Source: Guillardia theta CCMP2712
Taxonomy: Eukaryota > Protista > Cryptophyta
Assembly (NCBI RefSeq): GCF_000315625.1
Contig: NW_005434672.1
Coordinates: 899,374-963,373 of the forward strand
Direction of reading: 5' to 3'
Length of the DNA stretch: 64,000 nucleotides
A program made the translations under genes and the position numbers. Positions 11,701 through 26,700 of the stretch are shown here, piece by piece. The notes beneath the pieces are model-generated. The model was given only the letters and a program-made list of their open reading frames with translations, had not been told where the DNA came from and did not search any database. Positions within the stretch are counted from its first letter, which is position 1; every line of letters begins with the position of its first letter.

Positions 11701-14700
11701 CACAAATATTTTCCAGTGATGTTCCACTTGTGTCACGATTCTCAAATAACTTTCCATCCATTATCAGTCCCTCTGTCGCTTTAAAGCTTTCGTCTCCGAG
11801 ACTTCGAATCAGCGGCACAAGCTCTCAATGTACAGCCTGGATTAGTCAATGTGAACTAGTATGCAATATCATGCCATCGATCTCTCGCACAGCACATTTG
11901 AGCATGTCTTATGGTGTTATTCCACGATCATTGACTTCTGCGTTCTCCTTTTCGGCACCAAAGTTGAGCTCTGCACTCGCATCGAATTCAATCTCCAGCA
12001 AAGATGGAGCTACAAGTTTGACTGTCATTGGTATCTTCAATTTGCAATTCGACAATACAGTTTCTATCCGGGTTCTTAAAACTGTCTCGAGGTCAACATT
12101 GTGGATCTCTTCAACATCCACAAGCTGCAGAACCAGTTCCTCTACAGGGCACACGGCCAATACAATGTTGACTGCATCCCTTCAAGTTGGTTCCACTACC
12201 GAAATTTTCAGCTATGATGTCTCCATTTTAAGCTCCAGTGCAACACCAAATCTGCAGTCACGTGAATTCAGGTTGCAAGTATGGTTGGCCAGGCACGATT
12301 TCCCGTCCTATTCTGAGATTATAAGAGTAAGTACAACGTCGTGCGAGTCCACGGCTTGGTTATCAGCCACGACTCTTGCTGGGGTAGTTGCGGCCACAAC
12401 CACACAAACTTTGAAGCTTGTACTGACTACTCTCGTGACGCCAAGCACAATTACTCAATCCTTCTCTCATGACTCATTAGTTGTAAATGTTTTGATATCC
12501 AACAATTTTCCTTCAACTGGGAGCGGTCGCATCGTCATCCTCGGTACAGGTCTCGGTCCTGTGCAAACCTCGTTGGCTGCCAGACCTAGTGGAACAGCCT
12601 CGGAGGCCGTAGGCTGGATCTCTGACTCCACCATGAAAGCCAAGGTCTCCGCAGGTGTCAATGACCGCAGTAGCTGGCTCGCGTGTACTGTCATGGGACG
12701 GCCGGGCTCGGTTAGCAGCCTGCACTCTTACGACCTTCCCTCGCTGTCATCGTCGTCACGAACCAACTTTGCCGCGTCTGGCGGAGCACTGATCAGTGCG
12801 ACAGGGAGCGGGTTCGGAGTGCATGGCGTGAGTCCGATGATAGCCGTCGGGGACACGTACGCGAGCAGCAACGTCTGGGTCTCAGAGACCGCCATGAGGG
12901 GTCGGCTGGCACCAGGGGTAGGGGCGGAGCTTCCCATGAGAGCGCTGGTAGGGTGCTGCACGACGGGCACGAGCACCCAGGTGTTCTCGTTCGACAAGCC
13001 CACGGTCAGCAGCATTCAGCCTGCGTACGCAGCGACGACAGGTCTAGCATTGCTGTATCTAGCGGGCAGGAACTTTGGCACCTTCGACAGCACGGTGTCG
13101 ATAAGCGTAGGAGACACCAAGTGCACGGAGAGCACGTATGTAAGCAATCTTGTCTTGTCTTGTCTTGTGTCGCCAGGAGTGGGAGCCAGCCAAACTGTAC
13201 GGGCTACCGTGGGAGGTCAGGTAGCCGAGTCGCCGGTGCTGTTCTCGTACATGGGGCCGACGGTGCTTGGGATAGGTCGACAGAATGGGCCAGCGACAGG
13301 AGGGGTGCTCGTGACTCTACAGGGAAGGAACTTCGGGAGCTTTGAGAGCAGTGCGAAAGGGAGGGCGGGAACGGCAGCGGAGAGGACAATCTGGACAAGT
13401 GATACTCAACTGTCCTTTGGTGTTACAGGTGGATCGGGTCCTCAAATTACGATAGTCTTGACAGTGTTTGATCAAGCTGTGTCCAATCTTGTTGGTTTTT
13501 CATATTTGAACTCTCGTATATCTGCTGTTACTATGTCGAACATAGGAAGTTCCGTCAGTTTCAGTGTTGCTGTTTTTGGGGAGTTCAGCAGCTCAGATAT
13601 GTCTGGTAAGGTTATCTTGGGGTCTACAGTTTGCCGCAGCACCTCTTGGTCTTCTTCAACTTCGATGTCTTGTTACTCTGGTTCAAATCCTGGTAGCAGT
13701 TTATCCATATCAATCACAAATGGATTTTCTTTTGTAGCTGTGACGTCGTCTGTTGTGTCATACGACATTCCGCCGTTGGTAACATTCAAGTTTGGTGATG
13801 CTCAATCCTCAGTTTTCGATGTGCTTGGTAAGGGATTTGGCAACTGTATCATGACTCAGCGTTCGAGAGTGGGCTCGTCCATTAGCATTGAAACGCAATG
13901 GTTGTCTGATACTTCTTTGAAAGTTCTCCAGATTTTGCAAGTGTTCCGATCAAAATCTTTTGCATTGAGTATGAGTTCACAATGTTCTTCGAGAACATCT
14001 TGTCTTTCATATGAGAATGGCATGGTATCTGCTCTATCACAACAATCAAATATCCCATTGTCTGCCAAAATAGACCTGTCAGTAGCAGGTTTAAACCTTG
14101 GAATATCGTCAGGTAGCATATGGGTTCGAATAGGAGAATCAGGATCGGAGCGAACAATTTGGATTTCTTCAAGCCAGGTGCTTGCAAAAACTGTTGAAGG
14201 AACAAAACGGTCGCAGAGATTGACCTGTAGTATGTCTGCTATCCCTTTCTCATCGCTAAACACAGTTTCATATGACCTTGTACTGTCCAGGCCCAGTGAT
14301 GCTGAGAGAAACACTGGAGGTCGATCTGCTGCTGTACAAACTTTATCTGGAGTGAATGGATATAATTCACGCTCAGAAAAAGCGAGATTTGGATCAACCT
14401 CAGCAGAGCGGACGGTATGGAAATCGTGCACCAACATCAACATCAAGACATCTGCAAGTACAGGAAAATCAAACACAATTGCTATCACAACAGATGCTGC
14501 AGTGAATACATTCTCCAATGCCTTCTCGTTCGATACATCTCCTGTGATTTCAAGCTGCAATACACAAACCGCCACGATCCAAGTATTGTCTTTGTTTACT
14601 TCAGGAACTTTCATTACATCAAAATCGAGAATAGGAGAGACTGCAAGCAGCAACACACAGTGGAAAAGTTCAACAATCATTTACAGCAAAATAGCAGCAG

Positions 14701-17700
14701 GCGCTGGCCACAGCAAAGGCATCTACCTCTCCATCCATTCCCTCGTCTCCTCCGCTTCTAGTGCCGTCTCCTATGACACTCTCGCGATCTCCTCCGGCCT
14801 CAATCAGACGCGCTCGACGGCAAACACCCGAGGAGTCCTTCTCTCGCAGCTGCTACCGCCGGACTCGCTGCAGGTCGTGTCCTCGTACTCGGCGTCGACG
14901 AGGATCGGACGCACGTCCTGTGAGTCCACGGGCTGGATATCAACCAGCGAGGTGCGCGTGCAAGCCCATGCTCACGGTCGGCAAAGCATGAGCCTGTCCA
15001 TCACGTGCGGGCGCGGGGCTTCGACTGTGTCAGAGCTGCTGACGTATAGCGCTGTCACCGTGAGTAGCGTGCAGTCAGTCAACGCAGGCTCAAGATCGAC
15101 ATCTCTGATTGCTTCTCTGTCGAGAGTCAGCAGCTCCGCAGCAGGACGCGTCGGCTCGACAGGATGCGAGATCTCTACATGGCTGTCCGTGACGTCAGTG
15201 AGCTGTATCTGTGCGAGAGGTCGGAGCCAGCTCGGCACGCAGGCGGTAGCGTTGACCATCAGTCAAGCGACGGGAAGCGTGAGCGGCAGCGTGAGCTTCG
15301 ACACACAGCAGATCACGGGAGCAGAGCGCGGCAACCGGTACATGGGGATGGTCAGGTCGGTCATCGTCAGGGCTGTGGGGGCTGTCGGGGGGGCAGCGTC
15401 TGTATCAGCGAGTCTGCGACAAGGGAGCACAGCATGCGAGCGATCCTTGTGGATATCAGGCTCCTCTCTCGCAGGGCGCACGGCGAGCGGGCAAGCAGGG
15501 AGCATGCGGGTGGTGGCGAGTGTTGCGGGTCAACCTGCGTCTACGTCGCTTGCCGCGAGCTACGATGTACCGATGACGTCCGAGGCGTTGAGGACAAACG
15601 TGGGAGGCCAAGGAGGGGCGAAGTCGGTGCAAGTGTGGGGCCAGGGGTACGGGCCTTCGGCATCAGCATCAGTGGGGAGGAGCTCATGCGAGAGGTCGGG
15701 GTGGCTGTCGGACACGGCGATACAGGGGACGACGTCAGGAGAGGGCTACGGGGGGACGAGAGGGGTGATAGTGAGCAGTGGGAGACAGGTAGGAACGCGA
15801 TCGGAAGGTTTAAGTTATGACCATTTTGCCTTGCAAAACGCATCGGGTCAAAATCTTGCACTGGAAAGCAGATCAGCACTTCTTTTCGGCCTTTCAAAAT
15901 ATCAACTTGGCCGTTTTTCTGCAAGTGCAAGGCTTGGACAGTCGTCTATGCCAGGATCTTTGTGGATGTCGACAACGTCGCTCTTTGTCAGGATAGTAGC
16001 AAGTGATCAACTACGTACTTTGAGTCTCATAATCTCATCGTCTACATCAATATCAACTTCCACTGAAGCAATGTCGTATGATGGTCTGACAATGAGCTCC
16101 GTTCAGGTTCAGAATTGCATCGTGCACGACAAAATATCAATTCTCTCTTTTGCTGGGGCCAGCGGACAATCTTTGTCAACACGTGCTGGAAGAACTTCCT
16201 TCGAAGCAACAACTTGGACCTCCTTTACCTCAATTCAATTGAAATCTGTACAAGTAACCTCAACAACAAGAATGACGGTCTCTATCGCAATCAAAACAGG
16301 TTCATTGACTCAAGCTTTATCCTTCAATGCCATCGAAGCCTCTACACTATACATTTCAAACCAGCCAAGCACTGGGAGCGGTCGCATCGTCATCCTCGGT
16401 ACAGGTCTCGGTCCTGTGCAAACCTCGTTGGCTGCCAGACCTAGTGGAACAGCCTCGGAGGCCGTAGGCTGGATCTCTGACTCCACCATGAAAGCCAAGG
16501 TCTCCGCAGGTGTCAATGACCGCAGTAGCTGGCTCGCGTGTACTGTCATGGGACGGCCAGGCTCGGTTAGCAGCCTGCACTCTTACGACCTTCCCTCGCT
16601 GTCATCGTCGTCACGAACCAACTTTGCCGCGTCTGGCGGAGCACTGATCAGTGCGACAGGGAGCGGGTTCGGAGTGCATGGCGTGAGTCCGATGATAGCC
16701 GTCGGGGACACGTACGCGAGCAGCAACGTCTGGGTCTCAGAGACCGCCATGAGGGGTCGGCTGGCACCAGGGGTAGGGGCGGAGCTTCCCATGAGAGCGC
16801 TGGTAGGGTGCTGCACGACGGGCACGAGCACCCAGGTGTTCTCGTTCGACAAGCCCACGGTCAGCAGCATTCAGCCTGCGTACGCAGCGACGACAGGTCT
16901 AGCATTGCTGTATCTAGCGGGCAGGAACTTTGGCACCTTCGACAGCACGGTGTCGATAAGCGTAGGAGACACCAAGTGCACGGAGAGCACGTATGTAAGC
17001 AATCTTGTCTTGTCTTGTCTTGTGTCGCCAGGAGTGGGAGCCAGCCAAACTGTACGGGCTACCGTGGGAGGTCAGGTAGCCGAGTCGCCGGTGCTGTTCT
17101 CGTACATGGGGCCGACGGTGCTTGGGATAGGTCGACAGAATGGGCCAGCGACAGGAGGGGTGCTCGTGACTCTACAGGGAAGGAACTTCGGGAGCTTTGA
17201 GAGCAGTGCGAAAGGGAGGGCGGGAACGGCAGCGGAGAGGACAATCTGGACAAGTGATACTCAAGTTGTACTGCAACCTGCTTCAGCGCTCTTTCCTTTG
17301 TCAGTGATTTCAATGACTGTTGCACGATCTATCAAAACAGATGCTCGAATATTCTCTACAGATTCTGCCTTTGCTTCTCTCTTTTCTCCATCAAACAGTC
17401 CTGTTCTTCAGAGAACAATCTTGACGGTCATAGGTCAGAACCTAGGGACTTCGGATTATTCTCTCACTGTGCACTTCTCTAGTTCAGCTGCATCGTTTTC
17501 GTCATGGTTGTCTGACACATCATTGGTGTCGCTGCCCTCCGTAGGAAATGGCCAAAACCTTACCGTCAATATGGTCAAAGACAATCAAATCTTTGGATTG
17601 AAGTTGTCGTTCTCGTTTGACTCCCCATACTTATATCAGTTGCCTTCCAAAAGCAACTTTCCTGCTTCTGGACTTGGACGTACAGAATTGATAGGTATTA

Positions 17701-20700
17701 ATTTCTGTGCATTTGATACAAGTCTCAAGGTGAGAATACTTAGAACGCAAGTCCAATTGAGTGTGTGGACTTCAGATTCATCTATCACTTGTTCAAGCAT
17801 TCCTCCAGGGATTTCGTTTGGTTCCATGACAACTGAAACAGTGTTTGATAAGTATCCGTCAAGTGGAATCGTGCAATATGACCAGCCATCGGCAAGCCTT
17901 GCCTCAACCAGTAACCTTGCCCTTCGCAGTGCTATACCTCAACGACTTGCAATTTTCGGAAGTGCTCTATCCGTGTTTGATCCAAGCTTGCAGGTCAGAG
18001 TATCTCAGAGCGTATCTGCAAATTCTCGATGGATATCCGATACGGCTCTAACATGTCAAGTCACAACAAGCCATTCATACTCTCTCAAAACTGTCTTGAC
18101 TGTTGGCGTTCTTTATGGCACCACTACACAATTACTGTCATATGATTGCGTACAATTATCTTCGATTTCAAGTTTGAATGTTATCCCACGGACAACAATG
18201 AATATATCAACAATGAACCTGATAAGACAGACAATTTCTCCTAGCAGTCTATCCTTGAGAGTTGGGGATACCACTTGTGAAAAAAGTCAATGGGGAAGCG
18301 ATCTCAGTCTGACATGTAAGCTTGCTTTCTCCAGTGTATCATTTTCACAAAAACTTAGTTTAACTGTGGCAATTTCGCTGTCTTCGTGCACTAACATGCT
18401 CTCGTACAATGCGCTGGCAATCTCATCCTGTACCCAGACAAACATTGTCAAGCAGACACAAATTGTAGTTAGCACATCGAGCAATCATCTTGGCATACAT
18501 ACCTTTGCCTCACGCTTGAAATCGAGCTCAGCTTCGGAAACAATTTGGAACTCACTGTCCTCACTCACACTGCGTTTTTCACCTGGCGTGTCAGCTTCTT
18601 TGCCAGTTCGCATAACCCAGCTCAGTCTTGTAGGAACGATTTCAAACATTCTCAGCTTTGACGGTGTTAACCTTGAATACATCAAGAACCGTGATACACC
18701 AGATAGCACTGACTCGCTTTTGTATGGATTACTTTCCTCTACATCTGATTTCACCTTATCATTTCGAATCGGTGGAAGCTCATGCGAAACGACGCAGTGG
18801 ATTTCTCAAAGTGTGGTGCATTGTTCGGCTGCTGCTGGTTCTAAAGGAAATCACAGTGTGACTCTCACTTCTTTTGCAGCTTCAGGCACTGTTACTGCAG
18901 CATTCACTTTCGGACCTCCATCTATGTTCTGTCCAGTAAACCAGACGCTAACAAGCAACGTGGTTGTGATTGATGGAAGACGTTTTGGAGAAAGAGACTT
19001 TTCACCGAAGATGCGAGTTGGAGCCTCGGGCTGCAGCTATACACGGTGGATCTCTGATCGACAATTGATATGTAAAGACGCAGCAGGAATAGGAAATCAA
19101 TTAGCCATGGTTGTCACTGCAATCGCTCTGAAGAGCACAAACACGAACTGTTTGTCTTACAAGCATCCCGTTGTCCAACAGCTCTTGTTGCCGAATGGAC
19201 CCAGCGTGTTTTCGAGGCCCAAAATCCTTGGATCGTACCTCGGGCCGTTTTCCGTCAGCGCAGGTATGAGATTGGGTCACTCGTCGACGGAGATCAGTAT
19301 CTGGATGTCTGATTCAGCTCTGAGTTGTTATGCGACCGGTTCTAGTGCATCAAGACTCACAGCTGTCGTGACCGCACAGAGTCTGTTGACCAGCCTGACT
19401 CAAGGTTTCACTTATGACTTCGCAGTATTTCAATCCAGTTACATCAATGGCAGTCGCAATTCTCCGACCCGTGGAGGCGTGAAATCAGCGCTCTTGATTG
19501 ACTCAATCTCATCATCAGATTTATCGTCGTCTGTGAGACTAGGTTATTCGGTGATACAAAGCTCAGAGTGGCTTTCTCTGTCATCCATCACTGTGAGGCC
19601 AACACGAGGATTAGGTCAAAAATTGAAGCTTACTCTTACAATTTCAAATCGAATCGGGACCTGTTCGGATTTCTTTTCATATGACGCCTCCAACCTGACG
19701 AATTCTTCTTCATTTGAGCTCTCAATCGAAAACAAAACAAGCCTTCAGTTGACTGGAATAGGGTTCGGCTTCTTCGGTATTTCTCCAAGATTGAGGATTG
19801 GATATTCCCTGACTGAAAATTCCATGTGGACTTCCGATTCGACTGTATCTTCCCTGGCTCTGCCTGGTGTAGGAGGAGACTTTTCGGTTAACTACAATGA
19901 TTTGTTCGATAGCGGAAGGATTCGATTTTCATACTCTCATCCGATAGCATTGAATTGGACTTCACTATCGTTCCCGTCCATCCAATTGCAAGGATTGAAC
20001 TTGGGAAGGTGGAGTGATTACACATTGCAAACACGTTTGTCATTTACAAGCTCCGAACAAACGATGTGGTTTTCCACCTCATCAACATTTGTCAAATTGC
20101 CAAACGCACAAGGTGGGTCCCTCCGGATCGTGATAACTGTTGCGAAGCAATTAGGATCGTCCTCTTCCTCCGTCACATTTGATGCACCATTGAAGATTCT
20201 GACGCAGAATTCTCCACTGCTATCGAAACAATTTCTGATGTCAGGCCTCGGCATGTACAGCAACAGCATTGCAAGTAGAATTGGGTCGTCGGGGAGCATA
20301 AGCACAACTTGGATATCAGATTCAACTATCTATGTCAGAACTGTCTCTAGCTCGCAATCGTCTCTTTTCTTGATGTTGACAACTTCAGTCCTGGTCCGCA
20401 CCTCGACACGTTTGTTCTCGTTCGATTTGCCACTTCTAATGCTCTCGATGGCCAACATTCCAATCACAGCTACTTGGGTTCAGAGCACAACAAGCAACAA
20501 TTCTCATTTTTCCTCTAGTGCCAGAGCGAGATTTGGTCAGACAGCTGCCGAGAGTACAAGGTGGCTGTCATACACCTCCATTATCTCAAGAGTAGCAACG
20601 GGATACAAGGGCACATTGACACATTCTCTCACTGTTCAATCAAGGCTCTGCAGTCTTACAAATGCTGTGAGTTACGATTCCATGACTGTCGAACTTTTGT

Positions 20701-23700
20701 CTCTATCAAATATCACCACAAACTTGTGCTCAAAGTCTTCTACCTATATCGTCCCATTTGCACACCCAAGATATATCGGAACGGCCTCATTGCGATTCGG
20801 ATTTACTTCAGCGGAGTACACAGTGTGGTCCTTTGAGACAGCAATCTACACTAAATATCCCTCTGGTCATTCAAGAAGTTTGAATTTGATTCTCACAGCG
20901 TCCGATGTCTCTACCGTTACATCTCTGTTTTCTTTCGACAATCCAACGATCTTGGAAGTCACGGGGGTCGAGGGAAACCTCTTTGATGGAGCCCAAATCT
21001 TGGCCTTTGGAACCAACTTTGGAATTTACGATGCATCAATCAATGCCGTTGTTGAGATTTCTTCAGACAGTACAAACAAAGTTGATCACTCCATGTGGAC
21101 TTCAGATACAAGCATCCTGGTGTCTTTGTTGCCAGTTTACGGAGAACCTTTCATGTACTTTCAAAGCTATGGCTATCGAACACCAAGTTTCTCGATTGAC
21201 TTCCCATTCGTTCCAAACGTAATAAGCGCGAATCCTAGTGTGCATGATACTCAAGGAGACTTGAATTTCACTGAAGTGATCGGAACAAAGTTCGGAATCA
21301 GAGATTATACCCTTAGAGTGACCCTTGGAGATACAATCGCGAGGAATACTATTTGGATGTCATATTCTTCACTCCTCTGCACAGTTTCAGCAGGAGTTGG
21401 TGAATTCCACAACTATTTTGTCACCATTTTTGGCAACATTGGTGTAGGATCATCATTCTACAGCTCTTATAGGACACCCCTTCCGATTGACATCAGAAGC
21501 AGCCATGACACCGATGTTTCTCTTGTGAATGGAAGATTCTTCGGATATGGAGCTGATTATACTGTACGGGCTTCCATTTCATGGTCATCTTGTCCAAGCT
21601 CATTCTGGATTTCAGACAGCTCTTTGTCATTGAAAGTTTCCACAGCCCAGGGTTTTGGTTTAGACTTGATCGTGACAGTGGATCAACAATTGGGGACTGG
21701 GGTTAACAAATTTTCATTTCAACCTCCTGGAGTGTCATCAGTATCGCAGGAGGACTTGATATGCTATAACGTCTCGACTCAAACTATCTTTGGCACTTAT
21801 TTTGCTACTTTTGATGCTTCTCTTTCACTGAGAATTGGTGGATCACACCAAAGAAGCACTGTATGGGCGGCAGAGACTTCGATTACATTGAAGCCGACCG
21901 GTGTTACCGGTTCCTCTCTCAATGTGATGATAACTGTCAGTCAGAACATTGGTAGCATGTCAAACATGTACAGTTCATGCCTCTCTCAGATATCATCAGT
22001 CTTTCCTGTGAATCTGGGTTCTTCAAGATCTGTAGCTGTGTCGGTGTTTGGTCGCTTTTATGGCCGTTATTCGCCTACTGCAGTTGCCTCTGTTGGGATT
22101 ACGACAGCTGCAAGTACTACATGGACTTCGGAGACCTCGCTCACCTGCATCTCTTATAAAGCTGATAGAGGCATGCAGCATATGCTCAAAATGACCATGA
22201 ACATCCTTCCGACTACGATCACAAATGCCCTGAGCTGGGACGGGCCCTTTATCTCCTCTTTCAATCCCAACAATTCTCCCACTTCTGGGACGATCACTAC
22301 GACCATGTTTGGATCTAATTTTGGCTCTATGGACACTTCCCTTACCATTAAGATTGGTCAAAATGTTTGCAGCAGTTCAAGGTGGAAATCTGATTCACAA
22401 ATGATTTGTCAGATACCTCAGGGGGTACAATTAGGTCAAAGCGTTTATTTACAAACAGCAAATTCAACTAGTATTGCTACAGTATCCCAAATTTTTAGCT
22501 ACGATAAACCATTGATCTATCCAAACAGTCTTCAAATCGTGGGGAATCTGTACAAAAGCAATTCAGTCACCGGAAATCCAGAAGCAAATGGGAAGGATCT
22601 GATCGAATTCTCCGGTGCAAATCTGGGAAGGTCTGATTTGAACAAAATCTCGATATTTTACGGCCCTAGCCAGAACAAATCTAAATATCAGTGCTCCGTA
22701 ACAGACAAATTCTCCTACGTGAACGAATCCAGAGTTCGTTGTTTTACCGATCCCCAAGGGTATTCAAGAAACTTATCATTCATGGTCTATGTTGGATTGT
22801 ATTCTTTTGGTGGTACTGATTTGTACAGTTATCCCCCGATCATTTTTGATGGAACGTTGCGAATCGACAGGAAATCATCAGACCTGATTCTTGATTCTAC
22901 ACAAGGCGGACAAGCGTTCAGCTTTGAAGGGCGAAATTTCGGCAATGTATGGGAGAAGATGACTGTACGATTCTTCAGCTATTATGCTTCAAGTGCAAAG
23001 TTCCAAACTGTGATTCAATATGCAAACTCAACGAGTGAGAAGCTAAATGGGTTGCTAGGCCCAGGGGTAGGCTTTTCTGTCATATTTGAGATTGAAATTC
23101 AAAACGTCACGGTCAGAGGAAAGGACACTTTCAGTTTTCCGTTACCTGTAATAGAAAATGGGAGCTTGTGCACGGCCAATTGCGGAAGCAATTGCAGATT
23201 TGCCTCAACATTAGATTCTGAGAAAGTTTCTTTCCGAGGACAAAACTTTGGAAACTTTCCAACTTTGATCTCGATATTCTACGGTAGAGATGTCCCGTCA
23301 CAGGGTTGGTCGCGACGATATCCGTGCGTTGTCAACTTCTCGAATGATACCTTCATTTCATGTTTTGCAAGCCCGGGAACCGGCAAAGATCTCTACCTTG
23401 AAGTGAACATTGCTGGGCAAGTAGTCCGAAGTCATGACTTGGTAAGCTACCCTCCGCCGTACATAGACAAGATGTATCCAATGTTGGATGGAGGATCAAT
23501 CCCATTGAATTATGTTTTGAGAGATGCTCTCGGTAACGAAGTGCTTATGATCCAAGGTGGAAATTTTGGACCAGAAATTTCACTCGTCTCGATTGCTTTT
23601 GGTCGCGTAGGTCTAAACTTTTGGACTGAAGCCAGATTGATCTATGAAAAATCAAATGTGTCCTTCATCACGTTCTCCCCAGGAATAGGGTCCGGGGCAT

Positions 23701-26700
23701 GGTTAACGATCCGTCTCGAAGTAGGTGGACAATCAGTTTATTCTAAGACATACTTTTCGTATCCGTTCATTCAAAACATCTCAGGTTGGCAGGTCGAAGC
23801 AAGTCAAAGCAAAGTTGTAGGAATGCAATCTAATACGATTTATCAGGCAGGGATGAATCAAAGATTCTATATTCTGACCGCCTCGAACAACGGAAATTTG
23901 TTGACTCTGGGTGGAGCAGAATTTCAAGCGACCATATCTGGCCCTGCATACATCACATCCAACTCTGTAGATGGTCAGGACGGTACATATTTCATAGATT
24001 TCTTGGCAACTCGTTCAGGAGAGTATGTCGCCAGAGTATTTCAATTGCCGTGGAGGAAGGATGTTGGAAACAGTCCATACACGATATTGATTTCTTCCGA
24101 GATGATACCAAATGCAAGCATGACAGTAGCATCTTTCAAGAATTCAGTCTTGCGCTGTGGTAGAAATGAAAGCCTGCTGCTAATCTTGAGAGATCGATAT
24201 GGCAATACACTGGAGAACCAATGGTCGCAATATCATACTGAGGTCAGCTTTTTGAGCAACATAATTGTCCACCAAGACAGTGACGTTGATGTGCTGAGTT
24301 TGCATCTCTTCGGTACAAGGAGTGGCCCCTTTTACATCGAAATTTTCTTGAACTCTACTAGCATTTTACAAAACCCCGTGCGAAATGTGCTACAGCCATC
24401 AAGTGCCAGCGCCAGTGCAACTCAAACATCGCTGGTACAGGCTACGATGATTGCTGGAAGCATCGTAAGGATTGCATCTATCATAGCAAAGGATGCATTT
24501 GGCAACATAGCATCACAGGGGGGGGATTCAATCAAAATTAGATTGCCCATTGCTGAACATTTATATGACTATCAAGTCTATGACCAGTTGAATGGAACAT
24601 ATCATGTGTATGCCATGGTGAAATTGCAAGGAAATTTCAGCTTACAACTTTACGTAAATGATGAATCTGCAGGTTCACCTTCATTCATACTGAAAGTACT
24701 TTCGTCTTCACCTGATGCACAATTTTCAAAATGCAGCGGTGTTGGACTGACTGCTGCCACAGCTGGCATTGTCAGCTATTTTCATATTGTGCCAAAGGAC
24801 AGGTATTCAAATGCTATCTCATTTGGATCCAATGATCTGTTTCGAATCTATATACAAAATTTGTTAACGAGAACATTTTTTTCTCCTTCAGATTTGTATC
24901 TCGCAAATGCAAGCTTTCAGATTGGAGTTTTCTTAACGCAAGCAGGCCACTATTACTTGAATGTCGTCAGTTCCGGTCAGATCTTCTGTAATCCTCCAGT
25001 TCTTCTACGTGTAACTCCGCAGAGTTATGATCTGAACGCATTCGCTGTCTCAAAATCGATAAGCGGAGGCATCCTGACAAGCTCTTCACTGCAGTTCGAA
25101 ATCTTTCCTCGAGATAAATACGGAAATACAGCAAATCTCCGTGGATTTCTGAATATCTCTGTGCAACCTGTGGTGAATACTACTCAAGCGATATCTTCGA
25201 ATTCCATCAAAGTGACATGGAATCCAAAGGTTGCAGGAGTTTATACTTTCAACATTAGGACAGTATCTGGTGAATTGCTTTTCAAAGGTCCAATTTCATC
25301 AAACGTTGTTCTGCAAGCAGGCCCAGCTTCAGCGCAGCAGAGTGAGATTGCAAGAATTGCTTCCAACAGACAGGTTGGCAATACAATAGATGCCACAATC
25401 ATAGCAGCAGCAGATACCGGCATTCTATTGAATACAGGTGGACTGTCGTTCACTGTTTTTGTCCAGAACAACAACAACAAGCAGTCTGTTGCTTCCCTTC
25501 CAGTCCTTGACTTTGCAAATGGCACATATGCTGTCGTCTTCTCTGTCACCGTAAGCGGCTCTTACTCCCTCTCCGTCCGTCTTGGCAGTCAAGATATCGG
25601 AGGAAGCCCTGCCTCCTTCGCCGTCCTTCCCGGTCCCTCGTTCCCAGCTAACACGCTGGTCTCCTTGCAAGACGGGCAGGTGGTGACGGCAGGGCTGGCT
25701 TTCTCTTTCACAGCGCAAGCTCGAGACGAGTACGGCAACGCGCGAGGAGAAGGAGGGGATGGTGTAGAGATCGCTTTCAGACATGCCAGCGGGGGAAGTG
25801 TACAGGTATCGGGTCTAGACTTGCAGACCGGCGAGTACAGCTTCAGCGCGCTCCTCACAGCGAGTGGCACCTACACCCTGCAGGGCACCTTGCTCTCAAG
25901 CGACATCTTCACTGCACAGCCTCGCTCGATCTCTGTCAGCCCTGCCTCACCTACCGGGTCCACTGCCGTTGCTGAGGGCTTAGGGCTCTACCATGCGGTA
26001 GCCGGCGAGGAGGCTGTTATCAGGCTCTACGTGCGTGATGAGTACGGCAATCAAGTAGGAGCGCTGCCATCCGGATACATCGACACTGTCAGCCTAGTGA
26101 TAAAGAGAGGGAGCGGGGAGGGCTTGAACATAGGAGTGAGGAAGTCGGCTTTCACGTCAGGGGTAGAGGTGAGATACACAGCTACTCAGAGCGGATTATA
26201 TACAGTCTTTGTGTTGACTCAGAGCATCATGGTTCAATCTTCTCAGGTTGAAATTCAGGCAAATGTATTTGATCCGAACTCTGTAGACCTGTCTTTTGCA
26301 GCAACTTATTCGTCTGGAGATGTTTTCAATGTTACTTTTATTATACTTGATTTTTTCACGAACGGTGCTACTATTGGAATTCTCAGAATAGTCATGGCAT
26401 GTCAAAACGGGAGATCGATTTATGGCTTCGAGAACGTTTCAAATGGTACGAAAGTAAGGTTAACTGCCACCAAGAAAGCTCAAGATTGTCAGATCGCCCT
26501 ATTTTCAGAAGCTGAGATCCTCCTTCGGACCAAGTATATCACATTTGTAGCGGGAAAAGTTGACTCCCAAGCCTCATCAGTGAACTTTGTCTCTGAATCT
26601 GTTCTCCAAGCTGGAAATATTGGACAAATATCGATTTATCCAAGAGATCAATTCTATAATCCATTATCAAACTTTCAGATCACTGCTCAGGAATGTCATG

